A program made the translations under genes and the position numbers. Source: a virus. Taken from it: 34,233 nucleotides of DNA. How positions within the stretch are numbered: position 1 is the first letter of the stretch; each line of letters opens with the position of its first letter. Below the pieces are notes generated by a model. The model made no database searches and was not told where the DNA came from. It saw only the letters and a list, made by a program, of their open reading frames with translations. Positions 1 to 6,217 of this stretch are shown in pieces. The stretch lies in the IMG/VR virus record IMGVR_UViG_3300025151_000010, positions 1 through 34,233 of that record. One strand, written 5' to 3'.

Positions 1-99
1 CCTACAACATCAACATTGTAATAGTGTTTGAAAGCCTTATTATTTCGGGTTGATGCTGGTACCTTAAACGATTGGGAATAATCGCTGACAACCGATTTA
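1..99. repeat. 99-bp terminal direct repeat, copy 1 (identical to 34135..34233). It marks a circular or terminally redundant genome of 34,134 unique bp.
   Basis: Base-by-base reading shows 1..99 (cctacaacatcaacattgtaatagtg...ctgacaaccgattta) equals 34135..34233. A minus-strand reading frame continues in frame across the junction. Confidence 0.95.
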
Positions 100-194
100 A
101 GGTCGCGCAAATCCTTTACCCTCCTGGAGAGTACAACGCTTTCGTCCTGGAACATATCCAGGGCAGTACCGTCAAGATAGACTACGAATCTCAT
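1..194 (-). CDS. 5' part of a 745-aa tail-tip/baseplate-like structural protein gene that wraps the linearisation point and continues 34134->32091
   Basis: The ATG at 194..192 overlaps the TGA of the upstream gene (ATGA at 191..194). MRFVVYLDGTALDMFQDESVVLSRRVKDLRDLKSVVSDYSQSFKVPASTRNNKAFKHYYNVDVVG joins in frame to GYDAHNKTPAVIEIDG...FYGDNKKLSS at the other end. 194 + 2044 nt = 746 codons. Confidence 0.85.
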   Translation of the reverse strand, partial: MRFVVYLDGTALDMFQDESVVLSRRVKDLRDLKSVVSDYSQSFKVPASTRNNKAFKHYYNVDVV

Positions 195-1327
195 GCGTTC
201 GCCATATTTAAGTAATCAGCCGTTTCCTCGAATTGGAATGTGTATTGTACAATCCTATCGTTGAGGCTGGTTTTTAGTGTAATGTTTTTCTCCACGATAT
301 TGACTGAACGCCAAATTGAATCGTGGTAGATTTGGATTTTTGGGGAGGCTAAAAGTTGCTCAATACTGCTATTGATTTCCTCTCCTAAAATTTGGGTGTT
401 AAGTTGGTATACAACCTTTCCCTTGTGCCCGTATGAACTGCCGTTTGTTTTGCTTACATCGATATTGAATCCATCGTAAAACATTGGGCGTTTGAATGCC
501 TGGCTTTCTAACTGAATTGATTTTGTTGCTCGTCCCTGGAAGAATAGGTACTGAAGGCAACCGAATTTATTTACAAAGGCAACGGGGTATGCCTCGTATC
601 GATTGGCACAACCTCTTTTGAATTTGTATACCTTGTTGTTGCCCGAACCCCCCAGGGTAACTGTAATGTCATCGCCCGTAATTGATTCGTCATTCATAAT
701 GTCAATAATGTCAACGTGTACCAGGCGTTGTTCACTTTCCGAAACCACTTTACCCGAAATATCTTCGGTGTATGTAGTCGTGCCGTCCGTTACCCTTACC
801 GAAGTGTGATGAGGTCGGTAAACGGGAATGTACATTGACGAGCCAAAGAATTCCATGTTCTCGGGAGAATCAATTAAGCCCACCGTATCGGCGTGGTCGT
901 AGTTGTGGTTGATTTCCTGGTTGTATGAATACGAATATCCCTGGACTGCATAGAAGCCGTTTCCCGTTGTGGATTCACTTCCCCCGTCCCAAACACCTTT
1001 GCAAACAGTTTTAACCCATACGGCAGTTCCTACACTATTCTTTACCCTATTTGTCCAGTCGTTTAACTGGGGCAATTCGAATTCGTCGTTGATTAGTTTA
1101 CTTAGGTCAAATACCGCACGATTATTCATTGAGGAATTCGGCAACTTTCGAAGGGTATAATTTGCATCGCTCGGTTGTGCGCTGGAAGCCCCCGTCCAAA
1201 TGTAAACCTCAACCTCATAAGTGAAATCGGTTTGAGTGATATTGGTGCTACTTACTTGAATAAGTACTGGGCTATTCGCCAGGGTCAAGTCCCCCGCATC
1301 GGGTTGTTTGTTAATCGTTAAGGCCAT
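191..1327 (-). CDS. hypothetical tail-module structural protein (378 aa)
   Basis: Long ORF coupled by overlaps to both neighbours and located in the tail gene block. I can name no catalytic motif. Confidence 0.6.
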   Translation of the reverse strand: MALTINKQPDAGDLTLANSPVLIQVSSTNITQTDFTYEVEVYIWTGASSAQPSDANYTLRKLPNSSMNNRAVFDLSKLINDEFELPQLNDWTNRVKNSVGTAVWVKTVCKGVWDGGSESTTGNGFYAVQGYSYSYNQEINHNYDHADTVGLIDSPENMEFFGSSMYIPVYRPHHTSVRVTDGTTTYTEDISGKVVSESEQRLVHVDIIDIMNDESITGDDITVTLGGSGNNKVYKFKRGCANRYEAYPVAFVNKFGCLQYLFFQGRATKSIQLESQAFKRPMFYDGFNIDVSKTNGSSYGHKGKVVYQLNTQILGEEINSSIEQLLASPKIQIYHDSIWRSVNIVEKNITLKTSLNDRIVQYTFQFEETADYLNMANA

Positions 1328-1868
1328 TTTTGAAATGCTTTATTAAGGCTTTTGTGAATTCGGGCTTTCGCTTACTCCAGGTTTCCTGGAATGCTTTTGC
1401 CTTGTATGGATAGGGTTCGATACCGTGTACACCAATTGAACGAGCCATGAGAAATGCCTGGCTTGAACGAGTGCTTTTTGAATTGGGTAATACTTGCCCC
1501 GTCTTTAAGTCCCTGGCAAGTATGCGCTTCATTTTTGTGTAGCCATTTGCAAAGTAATCCAGGGCTTGAGAAGGTGGTCTTTTGCCGTTCGGCATTCTTC
1601 CCTTTTCGACATATTCCCCGTATGCTTTTTCGACTATTGAAATCGTGCCTTTTGAAACCTTGGCTTTAACACTCTTTTGTAGGTTGCCCGAGGCCACACT
1701 ATTGCTTTTGAAAAAACGCACCTTAGAACCCGTCAAAATCCATGAGGTGCCGTTTTTCTTCCAGGTATTGCGATAGCCTTTGCGCTTACGAACGACACCC
1801 AGGTTCAAACGAATACGTCTTGCCCACTCCTCAGCAAAAGGGAAAAGTATTTTGTTGATTTCACTCAT
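1311..1868 (-). CDS. hypothetical protein (185 aa), tail module
   Basis: Start placed at ATG 1868 (MSEINKILFPF), which forms a TAATG overlap with the stop of the upstream gene. The track start at 1928 would overlap that gene by 60 nt. Confidence 0.6.
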   Translation of the reverse strand: MSEINKILFPFAEEWARRIRLNLGVVRKRKGYRNTWKKNGTSWILTGSKVRFFKSNSVASGNLQKSVKAKVSKGTISIVEKAYGEYVEKGRMPNGKRPPSQALDYFANGYTKMKRILARDLKTGQVLPNSKSTRSSQAFLMARSIGVHGIEPYPYKAKAFQETWSKRKPEFTKALIKHFKNGLND

Positions 1869-2341
1869 TAGCAATACCCGTCCGTTACGCTGGCGTTCAA
1901 TGTGCTTAGATTCAACACTACATTCCAACCAGCCACTACTTCTTCGCTATCATTTATAAATGCCGTACCAGCCGAATTACCTACCAATTCGATGAGTTCT
2001 TTTCTAAGGTCGCCACGGCGCAATTTGTCCAGGGCTTGTTCAACAGTCAAAGCCAGGTCGTGAAGTACGTCCTGGGTATTATCGTTGCCGTAGAAAGGCT
2101 CGGATTCATCACGAACATCATCACGGGTAAAATCGACTAAATCCATTATCGTTACGCTGAAGATGTAATCGGTTGTACGCTCGTTGAATGTTGCCCCCGT
2201 ACACACAACATGAACCAGGGGATAAATCGTTTGACGATTGAGGTCAATCATATTGAGGTCGCCGTGCGTGATGGTTTGAATCCTATCCGTTTCCGAAAAG
2301 GCTTTTCGTATTGCATCCGTAATTCCAAAGTATCCGCTCAT
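1868..2341 (-). CDS. hypothetical virion protein (157 aa)
   Basis: ORF whose start overlaps the end of the -1 frame ORF by 4 nt (2338..2341). It sits between the chaperone-like pair and the tail genes. Confidence 0.6.
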   Translation of the reverse strand: MSGYFGITDAIRKAFSETDRIQTITHGDLNMIDLNRQTIYPLVHVVCTGATFNERTTDYIFSVTIMDLVDFTRDDVRDESEPFYGNDNTQDVLHDLALTVEQALDKLRRGDLRKELIELVGNSAGTAFINDSEEVVAGWNVVLNLSTLNASVTDGYC

Positions 2342-2583
2342 CGTTGTACTAATTTATTTTCGAGTTCGTTTTTATCTTGCAAATATGCCAGGGCTGTCAA
2401 GCATTGATGCATAGGCTGTTTTGTAATTTGTCCAAGGCGAGATACATCTCCGTTAGCGAGGTTAAATATCGCTCCGTACCACCCCCACTTTCTTGCGAAG
2501 TTTGATTGGTGGCTAAAGTCTTTTTCGTTTCCTCCTCCAAAGAGTTCATCATATGATTCAACAATTCGTTCCCTAACTGGCAA
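2338..2583 (-). CDS. -1 frame extension ORF (about 80 codons, no ATG) reached from 2397..3071 by slippage at the T9 run; gpGT-like long product
   Basis: It is open in the -1 frame from the slippery run to TGA at 2338. It encodes a protein-like sequence (LPVRERIVESYDELFGGGNEKDFSHQSNFARKWGWYGAIFNLANGDV...). It is dual-coding with the zero frame for 187 nt. Confidence 0.5.
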   Translation of the reverse strand: MPVRERIVESYDELFGGGNEKDFSHQSNFARKWGWYGAIFNLANGDVSRLGQITKQPMHQCLTALAYLQDKNELENKLVQR

Positions 2584-3071
2584 AAAAAAACCAGCGCACC
2601 GAGGACGGCATTCATTGGCATCTTAGAGTAATCGATTTCCATCTCTAATGTGTCGGCGTATGAAGCCACTTCGTACTTGCCGAATTGCTCGGCAACAATT
2701 GGGCGATAAAACACCCTCATCATCTTGTCCCAGTCGGCTTCTTTGCCTTGGTAGGTTTCGATGTCGACAAATTCCCCGAATGTCATAGAATCCAGGTTGG
2801 GTAAAAAGCCGAGTTCTAAGCCGTTCAAATTAACCCGTTCGATAAACTCATGCTCCTCGACATTGATAACGCTTCTAAGACGTGTTAAAATCGTTCTACG
2901 GCTAAGTTCATTCATTTGTCGTATGTCGTGTCCCTTAAGATTGCAAAAAACTTGAATCAAAAGTTCCTCGTAACGGGCATCTTCGAGTTCCTCGGGAATG
3001 TCCTTGAATCGAAGATATTGTTCCAGGGTAATGTCCTGGAGGCTTGTAGGTATGTCAATAGTAAGTTTCAT
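2397..3071 (-). CDS. tail assembly chaperone-like protein, zero-frame product (224 aa)
   Basis: Start placed at ATG 3071 (MKLTIDIPTS), directly after the conserved CGTTATAATAGT motif. The track start at 3095 translates that motif. The gene contains the T9 slippery run and an overlapping -1 ORF, which is the gpG/gpGT arrangement. Confidence 0.55.
   Translation of the reverse strand: MKLTIDIPTSLQDITLEQYLRFKDIPEELEDARYEELLIQVFCNLKGHDIRQMNELSRRTILTRLRSVINVEEHEFIERVNLNGLELGFLPNLDSMTFGEFVDIETYQGKEADWDKMMRVFYRPIVAEQFGKYEVASYADTLEMEIDYSKMPMNAVLGALVFFCQLGNELLNHMMNSLEEETKKTLATNQTSQESGGGTERYLTSLTEMYLALDKLQNSLCINA
2582..2590 (-). other. T9 homopolymer (U UUU UUU slippery heptamer in frame) - candidate programmed -1 frameshift or transcriptional slippage site
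   Basis: Minus-strand codons read GGT GCG CTG GTT TTT TTT TGC. Slipping back one nt gives TTG CCA GTT AGG..., which is the 2338..2583 frame. Confidence 0.55.
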
Positions 3072-3103
3072 ACTATTATAACGCCCAAAAGCCAAAGTGT
3101 AGT
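3069..3103 (-). promoter_or_regulatory. late-type motif copy L1: ACTAC-N15-CGTTATAATAGT-ATG
   Basis: Minus strand reads ACTACACTTTGGCTTTTGGGCGTTATAATAGTATG. The block CGTTATARTAnTATG is shared with 25559, 29152 and 30115 and ends in the start codon. Confidence 0.5.
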
Positions 3104-3107
3104 AAAC

Positions 3108-3133
3108 AAAAAAACCCCAGGCGATGCCCAGGG
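3108..3133 (-). terminator. rho-independent terminator
   Basis: Minus strand reads CCCTGGGC-ATC-GCCTGGGG (two G-U pairs that form only in the minus-strand RNA) followed by T7. It lies just downstream of the stop at 3142. Confidence 0.7.
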
Positions 3134-3141
3134 TTTGTGTT

Positions 3142-3489
3142 TTAATGAACGAGGTGTTGTTTTAATCGTTCTCGAAGAATCTCCAATTTATCGGATTCGT
3201 TGTGGAGGTAGTGGTAGAATTCCCAGTACGCCCACTGGCATACGTTGTTAACATTGAATCCGTATTCGTCATAAATCCAGTCCCAGGAGTTCGAGACGAA
3301 TTCTCCATTCTCTCTTAGCATACCCCAGGCATCGTTGTAGTAGATTACGCAGTTATCGATGAAGGTGTGCATATTAGATTCAATGTATTCGTCAACATCA
3401 TCTTCGGTGTAAAGAGGAACGTACATACATTCAAGTTCATCGATTAGAGATATTTCTAATGTACGGAAGGTGTATTTCTGCTTTTCCAT
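3142..3489 (-). CDS. hypothetical small acidic Trp/Tyr-rich protein (115 aa), cassette gene
   Basis: Start at ATG 3489 (MEKQKYTF) forms a TAATG overlap with the upstream stop. The gene is followed by a terminator. Confidence 0.6.
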   Translation of the reverse strand: MEKQKYTFRTLEISLIDELECMYVPLYTEDDVDEYIESNMHTFIDNCVIYYNDAWGMLRENGEFVSNSWDWIYDEYGFNVNNVCQWAYWEFYHYLHNESDKLEILRERLKQHLVH

Positions 3490-3731
3490 TAGGCGTTGAA
3501 TTTTGGGATTAGTGGATTCGATGGTACTGGTGTGTTGTGGGCATCGAAACACGCCACGATAATCTCCATAGGAATCTCTCCGTCAACACAATCGATTGTA
3601 GCACCCGTAACATACTTGGTGTAAAAACCCCATTCAACGCCAGGCGTTTCGCTTGGGATAGTTTTGAGGTCGATAAGACACGCCTCAAGTTCGGTAAGCA
3701 ATTCAACTTGCTCTTTGGTTAACATTGTCAT
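3489..3731 (-). CDS. hypothetical protein (80 aa), first gene after early promoter P1
   Basis: The track start at 3758 lies inside the promoter element. I used the first ATG after the A-rich leader (MTMLTKEQVELL). Confidence 0.6.
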   Translation of the reverse strand: MTMLTKEQVELLTELEACLIDLKTIPSETPGVEWGFYTKYVTGATIDCVDGEIPMEIIVACFDAHNTPVPSNPLIPKFNA

Positions 3732-3759
3732 AGTTCTTTTATTTTGGTTGTTTGACATT

Positions 3760-3794
3760 CCAAATGTCAGTTAAGTATTTTGTTTATACAACAC
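3760..3794 (-). promoter_or_regulatory. conserved early promoter element P1
   Basis: Minus strand reads GTGTTGTATAAACAAAATACTTAACTGACATTTGG. It contains the invariant TGTTGTAnAAnnAAAAT and a TTTGG box about 12 nt further on, shared by 5 copies. The geometry resembles the Bacteroidota -33 TTG / -7 nnnnTTTG arrangement. Confidence 0.6.
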
Positions 3795-3802
3795 CGTGGA
3801 AT

Positions 3803-3825
3803 AAAAAAACCCCCCGTGCGGAGGG
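3803..3825 (-). terminator. rho-independent terminator
   Basis: Minus strand reads CCCTCC-GCAC-GGGGGG followed by T7, directly after the stop at 3835. Confidence 0.7.
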
Positions 3826-3834
3826 CTTCCAGGA

Positions 3835-4098
3835 TTAGAGATTATCTCTCATTGCATTTCCCATCAACATTTGTTCGGTGTTGGCGATGCCGAAATGAAT
3901 TCCGAATCGGCTAAAATTATTACGGCAAAAGTTCATAATCATTTCGCTATCCCAATCCAAGTGTTCGCCAGTTGGAGTTGTAACGGCAAACCAATGTTGT
4001 TCCCAGTTATCGTTTAGGAATGTAACCCAGGCTTTGTTCTCGTTTGTTACCTGGTTCAAGTTTACGCAGTTGCGATTTACAAATAATGTCTTGTCCAT
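3835..4098 (-). CDS. hypothetical protein (87 aa)
   Basis: ORF preceded by an A-rich leader and the conserved-loop hairpin, and followed by a terminator. Confidence 0.65.
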   Translation of the reverse strand: MDKTLFVNRNCVNLNQVTNENKAWVTFLNDNWEQHWFAVTTPTGEHLDWDSEMIMNFCRNNFSRFGIHFGIANTEQMLMGNAMRDNL

Positions 4099-4132
4099 TT
4101 TTTCTAATTATTAAGGTTTTCTACCACCACAA

Positions 4133-4156
4133 CCCCGCATTTGTTTCAGTGCGGGG
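4133..4156 (-). promoter_or_regulatory. conserved-loop hairpin H1 (candidate structured RNA element in a 5' UTR)
   Basis: Plus strand reads ccccgca-tttgtttcag-tgcgggg. The loop and closing GCA/TGC are the same as at 26526..26549, with two compensatory stem changes. Confidence 0.55.
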
Positions 4157-4179
4157 CGTGGGGCTTGTGGGTGTTTATT

Positions 4180-4446
4180 TTAGTTCGTTCTTTCGATGAT
4201 TCCCCACTCGTCAAGGTCGCGAGTTACTCGGATAGGCATTTGGTCGCCCTGGTTCATCTTGATTACTTTTTCGAAGTCCTCGCTGATTGCGAATACTACT
4301 TCTCTTTCTTCGACGCCTTCTTTGTAGAAGAATAATTCTTGGAATGTGAATTGCTCTCTGTAGGCTTTTCCTTTGAATACCATTACTACTGTGTAGCGAA
4401 TTTCGTCTACGAATAATGCTTTGCGGTTTTCGAAATCTTGTGTCAT
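4180..4446 (-). CDS. hypothetical protein (88 aa), first gene after early promoter P2
   Basis: Start MTQDFENRK at 4446 follows the leader AACCACAAAAGGAAAAAGAAA. The longer track ORF (to 4554) reads through the promoter and terminator. Confidence 0.6.
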   Translation of the reverse strand: MTQDFENRKALFVDEIRYTVVMVFKGKAYREQFTFQELFFYKEGVEEREVVFAISEDFEKVIKMNQGDQMPIRVTRDLDEWGIIERTN

Positions 4447-4476
4447 TTTCTTTTTCCTTTTGTGGTTATTAACACT

Positions 4477-4510
4477 CCGAAGGTCAGCACTTATTTTATT
4501 TCTACAACAC
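4477..4510 (-). promoter_or_regulatory. conserved early promoter element P2
   Basis: Minus strand reads GTGTTGTAGAAATAAAATAAGTGCTGACCTTCGG. Here the box is TTCGG rather than TTTGG. Confidence 0.5.
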
Positions 4511-4527
4511 CTAATCCAAAAAAAATG

Positions 4528-4563
4528 AAAAAAAAATTCCCAGGGAACGCACAACCCTGGGAA
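4528..4563 (-). terminator. rho-independent terminator
   Basis: Minus strand reads TTCCCAGGG-TTGTGCGTT-CCCTGGGAA followed by T9, downstream of the HNH gene stop. Confidence 0.75.
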
Positions 4564-4619
4564 TAGTGTAGTCTTAAAACCAAACCAATAAAAGAAAAAA
4601 GAACGTGTGCGTTGTGGTT

Positions 4620-4880
4620 TTACTTATTTCGTAATATGAGATTACCCTGGTGTACCTCCTTTAGCCAGGCTTTTTTCTTGGGCACATCTCCGTACTCGTT
4701 ATGACACCATCGGCATAATGCCATGAGGTTGTCAATGTGGTCGGCCTTTTTAGAACCTCCCATTCCCCGTGCCTCAATATGGTGTATGTCGACTGCCTTG
4801 CTTTGACATACTTCGCACGGTATAAAATCAGTCGCGTGATACCCCATTCCTTTGAGGTAAATCATTGTGTGTTTCTTCAT
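4620..4880 (-). CDS. HNH endonuclease (86 aa)
   Basis: Contains CEVCQSKAVDIHHIEARGMGG...NLMALCRWCHNEYG, i.e. CxxC...HH...N...CxxCH, the HNH zinc-finger nuclease pattern. Start placed at MKKHTMIYLKG (4880). Confidence 0.85.
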   Translation of the reverse strand: MKKHTMIYLKGMGYHATDFIPCEVCQSKAVDIHHIEARGMGGSKKADHIDNLMALCRWCHNEYGDVPKKKAWLKEVHQGNLILRNK

Positions 4881-5016
4881 CTGCGTACATCTTTTTGTAG
4901 CGAAGCAAAGTACGGTCGGATATGCCCAGGGCATCAGCCGCCTCCTTAAGCGTTTTGAAGCGTTTTAAGGCCGTTTTAACATGAAGGCGAGTGTGGTATT
5001 CGATATTCAAATTCAT
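4828..5016 (-). CDS. small helix-turn-helix DNA-binding protein (62 aa)
   Basis: TLKEAADALGISDRTLLRYKK is a Fis/excisionase-style HTH. The C-terminus overlaps the HNH start out of frame. Confidence 0.55.
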   Translation of the reverse strand: MNLNIEYHTRLHVKTALKRFKTLKEAADALGISDRTLLRYKKMYADEETHNDLPQRNGVSRD

Positions 5017-5192
5017 ATGTACAAATGCGGGTCATTTTGAATGTCCTCCTCGGGAACGTATCCAGCCCATTCTTGGCAACTGCTACATATTCCAATTCCG
5101 TCGTTTTCATTCCAAAGGTTAGCACCGCAACATTCCGAACCGAGTTCGTATTGAATTTCTACGATTTCCTCCGCTGTAAATTCCTTTTCCAT
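5013..5192 (-). CDS. small Cys-rich protein (59 aa), missing from the ORF track (just under 60 aa)
   Basis: Read by hand: MEKEFTAEEIVEIQYELGSECCGANLWNENDGIGICSSCQEWAGYVPEEDIQNDPHLYI. Its TGA overlaps the next ATG (ATGA at 5013..5016). The plus-strand track ORF 5025..5345 is its antisense shadow. Confidence 0.5.
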   Translation of the reverse strand: MEKEFTAEEIVEIQYELGSECCGANLWNENDGIGICSSCQEWAGYVPEEDIQNDPHLYI

Positions 5193-5441
5193 TGTAGTAA
5201 GTGTAAAGTGGTTAGTAATAGAATCGTCATTGTGAGGCTTGCAAGCACCACAACCCCAATAAGATACAAAAAATTAATTAACGTGCAACCCATTGTACAT
5301 CGAACCATCTTGCGAATGTGTGTTGCTCATCGTGATGAAAACTGAACAACGTAAATGTGAAGTTTGTAACATCGACCTCAAGGAAGCCAAGATGAAGGCC
5401 GTGCCTCCAATAACAGTAGAATAATTTAACGTCTAACATAA

Positions 5442-5924
5442 CTATTTAATTGATTGATAATGCTTTCTCCATAGTAACGCGCAGTACGCCTGGCGTTGCT
5501 TTTTGAATTTGTATTTACGGCGCAATACATTGTCAGCAATGCGAATGAATCGGGTACGGTACCATTCTAAGTCTAACTCCTGGGGTGTTTTGATTTCCAG
5601 GTCAAGAATCAAACTGTACTTATTCGACCAGTAGCCCTCCTCATTTAGGGCGAACAAGATTAGGTCGGCAATTTCCCATTCTCCTATGCGGATATTTTCG
5701 TCCTCAAGAAGTATTTCCTGGTCGCCTTCGTACCCTACTCTTAACTCCCACGTATCGATATAGCGACCCAAATCAAGGTCAATGTATTCGTAGCGGAATT
5801 CATTCTCGGCACATAACTGTACGATGCCTTCCTTAATATCAACCGTGTACCAATATGCACGGCCGTTAATTCTTACTCGCTCCGCCTCGGGAAATACGAT
5901 GGTGTTGTTATTCTTCGTGTGCAT
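5442..5924 (-). CDS. hypothetical protein (160 aa)
   Basis: ORF with a TAATG-type overlap to the upstream gene at 5924. Confidence 0.65.
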   Translation of the reverse strand: MHTKNNNTIVFPEAERVRINGRAYWYTVDIKEGIVQLCAENEFRYEYIDLDLGRYIDTWELRVGYEGDQEILLEDENIRIGEWEIADLILFALNEEGYWSNKYSLILDLEIKTPQELDLEWYRTRFIRIADNVLRRKYKFKKQRQAYCALLWRKHYQSIK

Positions 5925-6142
5925 TATTCCTCGGTTGTAAATTCGTATGCAATCATAAACACGGCTTCACTAAGTGAACGCCATAAAGAATCCATGTATT
6001 CCTCAACATCAACCGAGGCACACGATACGTGCCACTTGTTTGTTCCCTCAATCTCGGGGTAGTATGCGATGTAGAATGTATGACCAGCGAAATCAAACTG
6101 GTAAAATCCTTTTCTAAGTTTTTTGGCTTTTGTAGTATTCAT
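5924..6142 (-). CDS. hypothetical protein (72 aa), first gene after early promoter P3
   Basis: The ATG follows the leader AACCAAAAGAGAAAAGGCA downstream of P3. Confidence 0.65.
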   Translation of the reverse strand: MNTTKAKKLRKGFYQFDFAGHTFYIAYYPEIEGTNKWHVSCASVDVEEYMDSLWRSLSEAVFMIAYEFTTEE

Positions 6143-6164
6143 TGCCTTTTCTCTTTTGGTTTAT

Positions 6165-6199
6165 CCAAATTACAGAACACTATTTTAGTTATACAACAC
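6165..6199 (-). promoter_or_regulatory. conserved early promoter element P3
   Basis: Minus strand reads GTGTTGTATAACTAAAATAGTGTTCTGTAATTTGG, immediately after the terL stop. Confidence 0.55.
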
Positions 6200-6217
6200 C
6201 CCAGGGAAAAAAATTTT

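Noticed and set aside
1-99. The 99-bp end repeat interpreted as the phage's physical direct terminal repeat.
   Set aside because: An exact overlap of this size is typical of assembler output for circular or circularly permuted genomes, and no terminus-specific signal is visible in the sequence. This cannot be decided without reads.
4447-4554. 5' extensions of track ORFs: 4180..4554, 3489..3758, 26189..26533, 26571..26867, 2397..3095, 25223..25576, 1311..1928, 3142..3552, 18560..18955, 4620..4934, 25623..25811 and 25757..26059.
   Set aside because: The extensions translate promoters, terminators, hairpins or the conserved late motif, or they overlap the upstream gene extensively. An internal ATG placed right after the leader or overlapping the upstream stop fits the genome-wide pattern better.
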